DNA of 64,000 nucleotides from a virus: positions 1-64,000 of the IMG/VR virus record IMGVR_UViG_3300012009_000091. One strand, written 5' to 3'. The position numbers and the translations under genes are program-made. Shown in pieces: positions 29,598 through 38,935 of this stretch. Below the pieces are notes generated by a model, which saw nothing but the letters and a program-made list of their open reading frames with translations, was not told the DNA's origin and ran no database searches. Numbering within the stretch: position 1 is the stretch's first letter; every line of letters starts with the position of its first letter.

Positions 29598-31334
29598 ATG
29601 TCCACCAGACTAGCGAGGTTTCAGACTGACCATCAATCACAACCGTTTGCGATGGCGGTCTATGAGGCGCGGCGAGGCGCTGCCCGCTTGACCAGCGGAG
29701 GGGTCCTGACATGGGACTCGACAACCGGTACCTTCACGTGGACCTACGATATCATAGTTGAGTTTCCTACCTTGGCCGCTAACGTGATCATTCCGGCAGG
29801 TTCTGAAACTGGTATCACTGTAGGGCAGTCGTTGTATTTCGCTCTTCCCTATCTGCAAGCAGATGATGTGTCTCCCACGGGTGCTTGGAATTTATCTCTC
29901 GGCGACTACACGCTGACCGCTCCAGAAATTCTTATCGGGGCTCCTGCTCCAGAGAATGAACAGCTGTTCATTGTTGCCACGCACGGGGTAGACGGGCAGC
30001 TGTATTGTCGACATCATTTAGTTCTGACAGACGGAGTTCCTTCTGGTTTTGGTAATGGCGGGCTGGGCTCGAGTCGATACATTGTGACGTCGGATGGCAC
30101 CGCTGGACAGGTTTCGGATATGGGGTTCGACTACCTTCCAGACCGAAGACATATCGACGTCTATCTCAACGGTCAGTTGTTGACTCCGGGAGTATCCGGC
30201 GGAGGGACTGGGTATCGAGATTCAGATATTTCGGGGGAAGCTGATTACTACGAGATCCAAGGTGCGGGCACGTTGCCGTGGTATCGTGGTATTTACATCC
30301 AGAAGACAGTCGCTTCTGGCGAAGAGATCATCATCATTCTCAATGTGGGTGGACAAGGGCCACAAGGCCCTCCCGGTCCGTTGGGAGGGTTAGATGACAG
30401 CTACAATGCCGGGAATGAGATCGACATTCATGATCTCGGTTCAGACCTGCGCCCGATCGTCCTTAACGAGGGGACGCCGGGAGCTAAGATCACTGGTTCT
30501 CCGTTGGAGCTAGACAGTTATCGAGTACCCCTTCTTCAGTGTCAGCGGACCCCTGATCATCCGAATTCAAATTACCGCGATAAGACGGCGTTAGCCTTGA
30601 TGGCGTCTGGTGATGTGGGCGCTGGTGGACTGTTTCTTTACAACTTGAAGAACTATTCGACGCTGGACAATGAGCTCGACGGTACTGGAATAGCTCCTGC
30701 AGATGGGGTTTATTTCATTGGACAAGGATTTGGATCCGGCTCGGCTATTCCGGAAGAGAAGCTTGTCGTCTCGTTCGCTCGTCGGTCCGACATCGATGCT
30801 GGGAAACGCGAAGCGCAATACTTGCCGCAGATTCGGCAGGACGAATCTTTCGCTCCTCATATGGATACAGGAGTTTTCTACGGTCAATTGGCTGTAAATG
30901 AGCACGGTGAGATCGCAACAGGATGGGGGAGGGACTTTCTCAGATGGCATACTATGACGTTCACTCTTCCCTCTTTTCCCGTTGGAGAAACAGGTGATTC
31001 CCTTGCTTTAGATCCGATCCCGCTTAATACGGATGTTGTCGAGCCCACCGCTGAATTCTTGGGTGGGATTTGTGCTGCTCCACATCGCGATGATGTGAAC
31101 AAGGAAGTGTTCTTTCATGTCAATCCATCGAATGTGTACGCAGGGGACAATCCGTTTGAGATCGAGTTGGCGATGACCAAGGTCGGTGGCGAGTGGAATA
31201 TCTTGATTACATACGGGCGAGATATGGAAACGACGACGATCAAAGTGACTATATTTTTCTCTGCCGAGTATGCAGTCGGGGCCTCTGCGCCGGATGAAGG
31301 CGACTTTTCAGATCTAACCAGTTACTTGCCGTAG
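29598..31334 (+). CDS. Tail fibre protein with short collagen-like segment
   Basis: SGGVLTWD module, IDVYLNGQLL...DYYE module, GQGPQGPPGP. Confidence 0.6.
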   Translation: MSTRLARFQTDHQSQPFAMAVYEARRGAARLTSGGVLTWDSTTGTFTWTYDIIVEFPTLAANVIIPAGSETGITVGQSLYFALPYLQADDVSPTGAWNLSLGDYTLTAPEILIGAPAPENEQLFIVATHGVDGQLYCRHHLVLTDGVPSGFGNGGLGSSRYIVTSDGTAGQVSDMGFDYLPDRRHIDVYLNGQLLTPGVSGGGTGYRDSDISGEADYYEIQGAGTLPWYRGIYIQKTVASGEEIIIILNVGGQGPQGPPGPLGGLDDSYNAGNEIDIHDLGSDLRPIVLNEGTPGAKITGSPLELDSYRVPLLQCQRTPDHPNSNYRDKTALALMASGDVGAGGLFLYNLKNYSTLDNELDGTGIAPADGVYFIGQGFGSGSAIPEEKLVVSFARRSDIDAGKREAQYLPQIRQDESFAPHMDTGVFYGQLAVNEHGEIATGWGRDFLRWHTMTFTLPSFPVGETGDSLALDPIPLNTDVVEPTAEFLGGICAAPHRDDVNKEVFFHVNPSNVYAGDNPFEIELAMTKVGGEWNILITYGRDMETTTIKVTIFFSAEYAVGASAPDEGDFSDLTSYLP

Positions 31335-31344
31335 GAGTGGTTAC

Positions 31345-31674
31345 ATGTATTACGTATTCCGTAAGACAGACGGATGGATTCTACAGCAAGTTGCTACGCC
31401 TCCGGTGGTAGGCAAAGCGCCTCATCTTGATATTCTGGAGGTGGACCATGAAACTATTCCGTCTCAGGAATTGAAGTGGTTCCGTGTGGAGAACGGCAAG
31501 GTTGTGCGCCATTCTACAGCAGGACAGGCCGTGCGTTCGTCAGAGAAAAAGGCAGCGAGGCGAGAGAAGATTCGGGAATTCTGGCAGTTGCTAGCTCAGG
31601 AGCAGGCGACGGTGAGCGATATGCAGAACGCGCTCCGGCTTCTCGCCGCTATCTTGAATGTTCCCAGACGCTAA
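31345..31674 (+). CDS. Putative tail fibre assembly/chaperone protein
   Basis: SD AGGAG; last gene after the fibres; WFRVENGKVV plus a helical C-terminus. Confidence 0.5.
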   Translation: MYYVFRKTDGWILQQVATPPVVGKAPHLDILEVDHETIPSQELKWFRVENGKVVRHSTAGQAVRSSEKKAARREKIREFWQLLAQEQATVSDMQNALRLLAAILNVPRR

Positions 31675-31698
31675 GAGGAAGGGCGATTCCCTTCCTCT
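31674..31698. terminator. Hairpin between convergent gene blocks, possible bidirectional terminator
   Basis: AGAGGAAGGG-cgatt-CCCTTCCTCT, a perfect 10-bp stem. The U-tract is weak. Confidence 0.55.
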
Positions 31699-31704
31699 CG
31701 CTTT

Positions 31705-32796
31705 CTATTGGCGGTTCTGGACCGTGTCGATGATCAATTGAGCGATCACAATTCGGTCTTGCTCAGGCCGCACTTCTCCTGCTCCGACGGCTGCTGCCAC
31801 CTGTACCAACTTGGACCGTGGGAACTTCTTCGCGTTGGCCAGATCTCCCAACCGAATTGTGGTGACTTCTTCGTCGATGGTGACTTGGAATTCATCCACG
31901 GCTGAAGCAGGGTTGCGTTTCGACCGTCTCTTCGTAGTAGCACTTTCATCTTTCTTGGCTGCCTCCTGGGGAGAGTCGACTTTTTCCTTGTTAGAAGGAG
32001 GCGACTCGGGCTTCTTTGATTTCTTGACGCTCTCTTCGGTTTCTTTGGTTCGCAAGATTACGGCGTTCTGTAAGTGGTCCAAAGCCTCCTGCAAAACAGT
32101 CGGACACTCCTCCTCTGAGAGCGGCGGATCTTCACCCTTGACAGCGGCGTCTGTTGATCCAATGAGGAGGAGGATGGCTTTGTGGATGTCCAGAAGGGTC
32201 TTATGTTGGGCGGCCAAGACTTGGACCATTTGCCGCAGATCTTCGATGGAGCTGTCAACTCCGTCGAACCGCTTCCCGATATGTTTTGCTACGGGGGTCA
32301 GTACCTCGAACAGGGTTTCTTGAACTTCTTTTTTGGTCAAGTGAGTCACAGGTTCTCCTCCGGAGACGGTCATTGTGACTGTGGAGGGTTTTGTCTCTTC
32401 CGGCTCTTTTTCTACCGGTTTGTTCTCCACCTTCTCTACCTTCTCCGTTTTTGTCTTCTCCGGCGCTTCTTCGACTTTCTCTTCCTCTTTCGGTGTATCG
32501 TTGACTTCTGCGTCTTTGATGTCCGGACGAGGTGCTGTGTTCTTCAACGTAGTACTGCCGGCATGCCCCTCCTCTTGGTATTTCTCCCAGATGAAGTCGA
32601 TGCACTGTTCTGGCTTACGCAGATCCCCGGTGAATGGGCCACTAGAAGGGTACCCGGGAGGTGCTTTGGATTTGCCACGGGGGACATCCCATCTTTCCTC
32701 GATGTATTTCATCAAGGGGACGCGATTGATCTGGCGCAATTCTGGTCGCGTGTAACAGAATTGTGGGTCAAGAGATGTTACTTGTTGAGTAGCCAT
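31705..32796 (-). CDS. Hypothetical protein with K/E-rich disordered linkers and coiled coil
   Basis: ATG 32796 with GGAGG SD (MATQQV). Confidence 0.7.
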   Translation of the reverse strand: MATQQVTSLDPQFCYTRPELRQINRVPLMKYIEERWDVPRGKSKAPPGYPSSGPFTGDLRKPEQCIDFIWEKYQEEGHAGSTTLKNTAPRPDIKDAEVNDTPKEEEKVEEAPEKTKTEKVEKVENKPVEKEPEETKPSTVTMTVSGGEPVTHLTKKEVQETLFEVLTPVAKHIGKRFDGVDSSIEDLRQMVQVLAAQHKTLLDIHKAILLLIGSTDAAVKGEDPPLSEEECPTVLQEALDHLQNAVILRTKETEESVKKSKKPESPPSNKEKVDSPQEAAKKDESATTKRRSKRNPASAVDEFQVTIDEEVTTIRLGDLANAKKFPRSKLVQVAAAVGAGEVRPEQDRIVIAQLIIDTVQNRQ

Positions 32797-33104
32797 TGGT
32801 CCTCCACTGGAAGATAGCCTCCTCTTTTCATGGTTCTGTGCTGGAGCAGGAAGCAATGCGCCAGCACACCAAATGGACACGCAATACAATCCAGTTCACC
32901 TGGATGTTGCGCTTTGATCCGGTCCCAATGATCTTCGATCCAATCAAACATCAGGACACGGAGTTCACGTTCCGGGTCTTCACCGCCCATCCCTTCGCCG
33001 GTTTTCAGACAGCGTAGAGCCTCACGAGCGGTCGCCGCGGAGGAGATCTGCAATCCTTGCAGCCGAGCTGTGTGGATCAGATCCCGTCTGTTCAGTCGCT
33101 TCAT
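32778..33104 (-). CDS. Hypothetical protein with C-terminal Cys/His cluster (CIAC...HC)
   Basis: ATG 33104 with AGGAGG SD (MKRLNRR). Confidence 0.6.
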   Translation of the reverse strand: MKRLNRRDLIHTARLQGLQISSAATAREALRCLKTGEGMGGEDPERELRVLMFDWIEDHWDRIKAQHPGELDCIACPFGVLAHCFLLQHRTMKRGGYLPVEDQWLLNK

Positions 33105-33594
33105 AGTCCTCCTGTGTAACCGGATTTTCATTCTCCGGCAAGAGTTGAATACGTACTTCGACGCGCGGGTCACTGGCGTCTTCTTTCTTGTCCAGTGTCC
33201 ATGGGAAGAAGTTGCTATCGTCGATGCCCAACAGGTCCTCGAGGCAATCTGAGAACAGCTTGATGAAGTTCTGGACATCCTCCCGTCGGTAGATGGATGT
33301 CCATTTGGCCCGACGTTTGGGTCCCGGATCTTTCTTCAGCAGGCGGGGCAGCCAAAACAAAGCCGTGACCGAATAGTGTGCGTCGATCCTTTTGAAATCG
33401 TCGGTCAACTTTAGGAGGTCAACGTTACGTGGATCTTCAAGTACGGTCTGAGTAAAGGCTGTCTCATACTTGCGTGCCTCCGACGTTTTCAGAATCGTAG
33501 CAATCTGTTTCCCGTTAATCTCTTGAATGGCCGGCTTGTAGAGCTTGTTTGAGCTCGGCGGCAATGGACAAACAAATGTGAGTTCATGATCCAC
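33022..33594 (-). CDS. rusA: RusA-like Holliday junction resolvase
   Basis: PLPPSSN, REDVQNFIKLFSDCL, GIDDS, PRVEVRI motifs. Confidence 0.75.
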   Translation of the reverse strand: MDHELTFVCPLPPSSNKLYKPAIQEINGKQIATILKTSEARKYETAFTQTVLEDPRNVDLLKLTDDFKRIDAHYSVTALFWLPRLLKKDPGPKRRAKWTSIYRREDVQNFIKLFSDCLEDLLGIDDSNFFPWTLDKKEDASDPRVEVRIQLLPENENPVTQEDYEATEQTGSDPHSSAARIADLLRGDRS

Positions 33595-34288
33595 GGCGTA
33601 ATTTCCGTCTGTCTGCGGGGCTTATACTTCTTCTCTCGCGCCCGGGGGCCGCTCCTAGTCCAGGACTGTCGGAGTCGCGAGCCATGCGTTGTCGGTTCAA
33701 GCTCTCGACGATGTCTTTGCGACCGGACACAATGGCAGAGGCGTAGTCGTAGGTAGTGTCTCCTATCAACACTCGTTCTTCTGCCTCCTCGACTCGAGGA
33801 TCTGTTTCCGCTGCTTGTTTTCGGGCCGCGTCGGTGTACTTTTTGTCTGTTGATGGGTCGATTTCTCCCTTTAGTGTCGCCAAGATCATCTTCTTGGTCT
33901 GTTTCAGGTTGGCTCTTGCGATGTCTCGATCTGCTTGGAGATCAGCCAGTTTGTCTCGATATGCCGCCAGTTCTGCATGGAAGAATTGACTTAGACCTCG
34001 AAGAGTTTCGTCATCTAGTTTGTCTGCGTTTGCTGGCGGAACGAGGGAGAGTTCTTCTTCGGGGATATTCTCACCCAGATCGCTCAGGTAGTACTTACGG
34101 CCTTCCCACTCAACCTGGATGTGGGCTTTCAAGTACTCGGGTATGTCTGGCATGGCCAATCCCCGTAGTCGTTTACTGGCCAGAAGTGCGTGGACTCGGG
34201 CCTTGAGTTCGTCTACACCCGCGCTCGCTCTTGAAATGTCGTCGGCGAGCGGCACTTGGAATCGTCGTATTTGGAAGTTGTCGCTCAC
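33584..34288 (-). CDS. Coiled-coil protein, possible UvsY-like recombination mediator
   Basis: Helical; KYTDAARKQAAETDPRV resembles the UvsY core; sits in the recombination cluster. Weak inference. Confidence 0.4.
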   Translation of the reverse strand: MSDNFQIRRFQVPLADDISRASAGVDELKARVHALLASKRLRGLAMPDIPEYLKAHIQVEWEGRKYYLSDLGENIPEEELSLVPPANADKLDDETLRGLSQFFHAELAAYRDKLADLQADRDIARANLKQTKKMILATLKGEIDPSTDKKYTDAARKQAAETDPRVEEAEERVLIGDTTYDYASAIVSGRKDIVESLNRQRMARDSDSPGLGAAPGRERRSISPADRRKLRRGS

Positions 34289-35058
34289 CAGACGTCCTCC
34301 TTACAAGGTTGAGCGTACGGGCACCGGTAGCACCAGCTCCCCTCGCTCTTTTCGGGGGCTTCTCCCAGTTCATCGATCGGAGCGGTCACTCGGTTTCGGA
34401 TGCGGTCTTCGAAGTATGTCCAGCGAGCCTCCTCGAATGTAGCGACTATTGGTTCCACGTCGGCTTTCTCGAGTTCCCCCTGAATATACTCTTCAGAGAC
34501 GTAATCAGCGGGCAACATGATTTGGGTTTCGAGGTCATTCAACGCGTCCATATTGATGTACAGATACGTACAAGCTTCCCACCCGAAGCCTTTGAACAGG
34601 AACAGCCCTTGATCCAGGTGTTGCCGTGTTGGCTTTCCGGATCGTACGACGGCGTCGAACACTCGAGCAGAGGCGGTTTTGATCTCTAGTCCAAAGCGTT
34701 TGTCCAGAATGCCATCTGCGAACATCCGCAGGTACAGATCTGGAATTCGAGCTTCGGACTCGACGGACACCCTGTTGCCTCCGTAGATGTCAACTATATA
34801 GTTCTGGTACAGCTTATGGATTGCGCTGCCTGCATCCATTCGCCGACGCATAGCGGGTTCGATTTTGGGTGTCCCCGGCATACCGACTAGTTTGTATCCC
34901 AGAAACAGGTCACACCTCGGCCCCTGTTCTGTGGACAGAATGAGTGACGGCGACAGGTTAGCAGAGCCTGTATAGATCTTTTCTGCCGGTTTGTTCTTCT
35001 CAAGATGGTACTTGAGAATCTTTCGTTTGAGATCCCACGGATCTCGGATGTGTATCAT
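34285..35058 (-). CDS. Cas4-like PD-(D/E)XK exonuclease
   Basis: SPS...RC, GSAIH, ADGIL, LEIKT, Q, and C-terminal CYRCPYAQPC (1+3 Cys, Fe-S type). ATG 35058 with GGAGG. Confidence 0.8.
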   Translation of the reverse strand: MIHIRDPWDLKRKILKYHLEKNKPAEKIYTGSANLSPSLILSTEQGPRCDLFLGYKLVGMPGTPKIEPAMRRRMDAGSAIHKLYQNYIVDIYGGNRVSVESEARIPDLYLRMFADGILDKRFGLEIKTASARVFDAVVRSGKPTRQHLDQGLFLFKGFGWEACTYLYINMDALNDLETQIMLPADYVSEEYIQGELEKADVEPIVATFEEARWTYFEDRIRNRVTAPIDELGEAPEKSEGSWCYRCPYAQPCKEDVW

Positions 35059-35567
35059 TGGTCCTCCTTGTATGTGGCGACAAACCGTTCCCACGTTGTC
35101 AATAGAAGAAACCCTAAAGGGGTATCAAGCAGTAGGCTCTCCTCAGGTTCTAGGATGCGGACAAGTCCGCTATGGATACGGAAGCTTTTCCGTCCCTTGT
35201 TTAGCTGGAGGGGTACGAGATCTAGTGAAGGTTTTCCGCTGATCTCTTCCCAATCAGATGGCATGAGGACGGCTACCGGTTCTTGCCGTTCGACTGTGAT
35301 TCGGAAGACGGGGATCTTTCCTCCTTTAGCTTGTGCCCCGTCTTTCAGTTTTTGCCAATCGATTTTGGTCAAGTAGAAATGGCCCGTTCTATACTTGTCC
35401 TCTATCAGCAAGTCGTCACAGTAAACATCCCCAAACCATCCGCGTGCAGCCCCGCTATTAGGGGTAGTTTGCCCGTTTAGGTCGGCGGCTGCACGCTTCT
35501 CGGAATGGAGAGATCTACGCTTCCTCTCCTTCTGGGATTTCTTCCTCTTTTCCCACATTGAGCGCAT
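35055..35567 (-). CDS. Hjc-like PD-(D/E)XK endonuclease / resolvase
   Basis: EKRAA...TPNSGA...GDV...LIEDKY pattern of phage Holliday junction resolvases. Confidence 0.7.
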   Translation of the reverse strand: MRSMWEKRKKSQKERKRRSLHSEKRAAADLNGQTTPNSGAARGWFGDVYCDDLLIEDKYRTGHFYLTKIDWQKLKDGAQAKGGKIPVFRITVERQEPVAVLMPSDWEEISGKPSLDLVPLQLNKGRKSFRIHSGLVRILEPEESLLLDTPLGFLLLTTWERFVATYKEDQ

Positions 35568-36825
35568 TCAGTACCTTCTCACGAAGCGCGTGATCATTTC
35601 GAAGCCGTGCATCTACATGGTTCCTTTTGCCAGGGATGACGACCATCTCGTCGGTTCCTGGGACGGTCAGGTGGTACTCAGATCCTCTTCTGACCAAGAA
35701 TTTCTGTTTCACCAGCTCAGCGCGCAATGTGCCGCTCTCATCAATGGTTCCTATCGGCACGGTGAGCTCTTTTCCGTCGTAGTGATTGTGGTGATAAAAT
35801 CGGAATTCACACATCTCGCCTGTGGCGATCCCATATTTCCCTTTGTTGATGTATACGCGGTGCATATCAGACGTGGGAACGTGGGATGGGTTGCGGTCGT
35901 CTTTCGGGCCTATATATGTGCGTTCGTCCTTTTTCCCTTTCTCCACTTCAATGGTCACTGCTGAGTAGTACTGAACAGATTGACCACCACTGATTGATTT
36001 GTGGCTGACGGAATATGAAGATGTGTGAGCCATTCGAAATTGAGATACCCAGAAGAATGTCGTCTCTCGAAGTTTGTCCTCCTCTTCCATTTCTTCAAAA
36101 GGAGCCATCATGATTGCGTTCTGATTACGGTAGTGGGCGCTGAGAAGTAGTGCGCGCCCTTCGCCTCCTCTACCTTTACCAAACTCTCCAATGCCGCCTT
36201 CATCTACAGCGTCCCGTTCAGCGGCAGATGACATAGCGTCGATTGAGTTGAGAATTACGATTTGATAGATCCCGCTCTCCGCGAAGAGGCGCATGTAATC
36301 GAGTGCCGCTTCGGTCGTATCTGGCGTAACGACGTCGACTTCGCCAATCTGACACGATTTCATGGATTTCTTCTCAGCGGCCGTGAACTTTTTCTGTTCA
36401 ATCTCCTCTAGAATGTTGAGCTCTTCTGAGCTGTAGTTCACCTGCACACCGACATTGCGGGCGTGCTGCTTGTCCCATCCACCCTGTTCTAGGTAGATAA
36501 TGCCGACTGCGGATTCGTCTCCGTATCGTCTCTGGTTCTCTCGGATAGCGAGGTTCAAGAGGAGGTCTTTGCCAGAGCCTGGTTTTCCCACTAGTACAAC
36601 ATTGCATCCATGGGGGTAACCGCCGTTGGTGATCCGATCCAGTCCTATGACTCCGGTACTGCGTCTACGTAGGTAGACATTGGTGAGGTCTGATGCAGGG
36701 GTGAATACTGATCCGTCCAAATGCTTACGGGCATTTCGGATAAGTTCTTGTCGTTTTTTCCTTCTCCAGGCTAGACGGTCAGTCTTGTTGGCCTTCGATG
36801 TCTTCTTCGTTTTCTTCGTAGTCAT
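35515..36825 (-). CDS. recA: RecA/UvsX-like recombinase with non-canonical Walker motifs
   Basis: STGVIGLD...GGYPHG...GKPGSGKD; ILNSI; SQFR; SGGQSVQYYSAVTIEV; KGK. Confidence 0.85.
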   Translation of the reverse strand: MTTKKTKKTSKANKTDRLAWRRKKRQELIRNARKHLDGSVFTPASDLTNVYLRRRSTGVIGLDRITNGGYPHGCNVVLVGKPGSGKDLLLNLAIRENQRRYGDESAVGIIYLEQGGWDKQHARNVGVQVNYSSEELNILEEIEQKKFTAAEKKSMKSCQIGEVDVVTPDTTEAALDYMRLFAESGIYQIVILNSIDAMSSAAERDAVDEGGIGEFGKGRGGEGRALLLSAHYRNQNAIMMAPFEEMEEEDKLRETTFFWVSQFRMAHTSSYSVSHKSISGGQSVQYYSAVTIEVEKGKKDERTYIGPKDDRNPSHVPTSDMHRVYINKGKYGIATGEMCEFRFYHHNHYDGKELTVPIGTIDESGTLRAELVKQKFLVRRGSEYHLTVPGTDEMVVIPGKRNHVDARLRNDHALREKVLNALNVGKEEEIPEGEEA

Positions 36826-36964
36826 GGTCCTCCCATGGTTCTGTGCCGCATCGCGGACACCAGGTGACGGGGCCGTGGTGTTGTACTTCGGCTCCGCACG
36901 AACAGGTACCGCTTGGGGCTGCTGTCTTCTTGGTGACTTTTTGTTCTACTCCATACTTGTCCAT
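36779..36964 (-). CDS. Small zinc-ribbon protein
   Basis: MDKYGV...CSCG...WCPRCGTEPWE followed by an acidic tail. Confidence 0.6.
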   Translation of the reverse strand: MDKYGVEQKVTKKTAAPSGTCSCGAEVQHHGPVTWCPRCGTEPWEDHDYEENEEDIEGQQD

Positions 36965-36971
36965 GATGCAC

Positions 36972-38927
36972 CTATGGTTTTGCGTTTGCCCATTCCCTGG
37001 CCCAGCCACCGTCTGATTCAATGGGGACATCGAATGGCAGGCCTGGCCAGCCAATGGGATTATCCATAATTTGACCATAGCGTGCATCCGCTTCTTCTGC
37101 ATATTTTTCTGGACACTCAGCAGCCAGCTCGTCATGCACTTGAAGGACGGTCCGTACGCCCATTCTACGGAGTTCCTCGTCTTCTTCGATTTGAATCATC
37201 GCCAGTGTGATGAGATCGGCTGCTGTACCCTGAATCGGCGTGTTTATGGATTGCCTCTCTGCTCGAAGTCTTGAGGACCAGTTTGAATCGTAGATCCCGC
37301 CCGGACGACGCTTGCGCCCCAAAATGGTTGTGATGAATCCGTTCTGGAATACTTCTCGTTTGTACCGTTCAATACCCTCTTGGATACCTGGACGGACTTG
37401 GAAATAGAGTTCGATGAGTTGTTCGCCTTCGGTGCGTGTGGTGGCGATACCTGTCTCTTGTGAGATCTGCGAGGCGAGTTTGGCGGGCCCTACGCCATAG
37501 TTGATGCCAAAGCCTGTCCGTTTGGCTGCCGTTCGGCAGTTCACTAGGTAGTTCTGGTGCTGCGTAGGATTGTCAGCTTTCTTAGCTTCGATGATCTCCT
37601 CATAGTCGAGATTATACATCATAGAGGCAGTGAGGGCGTGTAAATCACGGCCCGCGAAGATGTCTTCGATCATCCCTTCATCACCGAATAATGCGGCGGC
37701 GATGCGCATTTCAAGACCGCTGTAATCTCGACAAAGGAGCACATGATTCTCAGGTGCAATGAATGCCCGTCGAATGCGTTTCCCTTCTTCACTTCTCGCA
37801 GGGATATTCTGTAGATTGGGACTGCTCATACGCAGACGACCACTGACTGTGGTATGTAGCAGAGAACCGTGGACTCGGCTATCCGCTTGTACTGCTTTTT
37901 GAAGACCTACAATGTACGTGGAGTGTAGCTTCTTTAGATCGCGGTATATGAGGATATCGGTTGCGACTTGGTGACCGTCGGCTTGGATGTCTTCCAGTAC
38001 TTCTCTCTTCACTGAGTAAGCGCCTTTGGCTGTTCGTATTGTTCCTTTGAGTCCGAGGTCTTCAAATAGCAGTTTGCGTATTTGTGCGTCACTGCCTGGA
38101 TTGACCGGGCTGTTGGTGGACTCGCAGATCCGTTGGGTAATTTCCACCAACCTCCGCTTCATGGGAGCGTCCTGAGATTCGAGATAGCCGACATCGACGA
38201 GTACACCTCTCTGTGCGTACTTTTGGAGTACGGTATTCAAGGGCATGTCAAACACTTGATGGAGGTCCCAGTAATTGTGCGGAGGATCGGGCAGGTATTC
38301 TTCAGGTGTATTCCATTCCTCGTCCTCAAGGATTTCCCGGAAGTACTCGTAGAGTTCCAAAGTGGCCCAGGCATCGAGAGTGGCATACTCCACCGCTCGT
38401 GGACGACGTTCTGGGTCGTCGAAGACCTCTTTGACTTTGTCTCGAACTTTCCCCCCTGGCTTGATGTCAAAGACTTTTGTGAATGCTAGTAGGTTGAGGT
38501 GAAGAATGTTTTTGGCCAAGGTTTTTAGATCGTGTCGTTCCTCTTCATCTATCAAGTGGTGCATCTTCATGGTGTCCGCGATCACATTGTTGACCTGGAT
38601 CTGGTGACGCTTCATGACTCGATAGTCGTACGGGGCGTTGTGGGCGATTTTGCTACAGTTTGTCGATTCAAACCATGGTTGAAGCAAATCGAAGAACTGG
38701 TATTGCTGTGGGTGTATGACCGGGACCACAAGACGTCGACTTCCATGCACAGGAGACCGATAGGCGAGAGCGATGAGGTAACAAACAACCGCCCACTCGA
38801 GCCCACTGGTCTCTGTGTCATAGGCCACAGGGCCGGGGGACGACATCATGTCGTCCACCAGCGCCTGTACGCCTTCAGGAGTGTCGACAATCTCCGGTTC
38901 CGGTAAGTCTAACCGGAATCGTGGCAT
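36972..38927 (-). CDS. polA: Family A DNA polymerase (3'-5' exonuclease plus polymerase, no 5'-3' exonuclease)
   Basis: ExoI DTET, ExoII HNAPYD, ExoIII YATLD; SGRL..SSPNLQNIP; motif A DYSGLEMR, motif B RTAAKRTGFGINYG, motif C VHDE. Confidence 0.95.
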   Translation of the reverse strand: MPRFRLDLPEPEIVDTPEGVQALVDDMMSSPGPVAYDTETSGLEWAVVCYLIALAYRSPVHGSRRLVVPVIHPQQYQFFDLLQPWFESTNCSKIAHNAPYDYRVMKRHQIQVNNVIADTMKMHHLIDEEERHDLKTLAKNILHLNLLAFTKVFDIKPGGKVRDKVKEVFDDPERRPRAVEYATLDAWATLELYEYFREILEDEEWNTPEEYLPDPPHNYWDLHQVFDMPLNTVLQKYAQRGVLVDVGYLESQDAPMKRRLVEITQRICESTNSPVNPGSDAQIRKLLFEDLGLKGTIRTAKGAYSVKREVLEDIQADGHQVATDILIYRDLKKLHSTYIVGLQKAVQADSRVHGSLLHTTVSGRLRMSSPNLQNIPARSEEGKRIRRAFIAPENHVLLCRDYSGLEMRIAAALFGDEGMIEDIFAGRDLHALTASMMYNLDYEEIIEAKKADNPTQHQNYLVNCRTAAKRTGFGINYGVGPAKLASQISQETGIATTRTEGEQLIELYFQVRPGIQEGIERYKREVFQNGFITTILGRKRRPGGIYDSNWSSRLRAERQSINTPIQGTAADLITLAMIQIEEDEELRRMGVRTVLQVHDELAAECPEKYAEEADARYGQIMDNPIGWPGLPFDVPIESDGGWAREWANAKP

Positions 38928-38935
38928 GTCTTCTC

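Noticed and set aside
34285-35058. CRISPR-Cas system
   Set aside because: Only a solo Cas4-like nuclease; no cas1, cas2, effector genes or array in the window.
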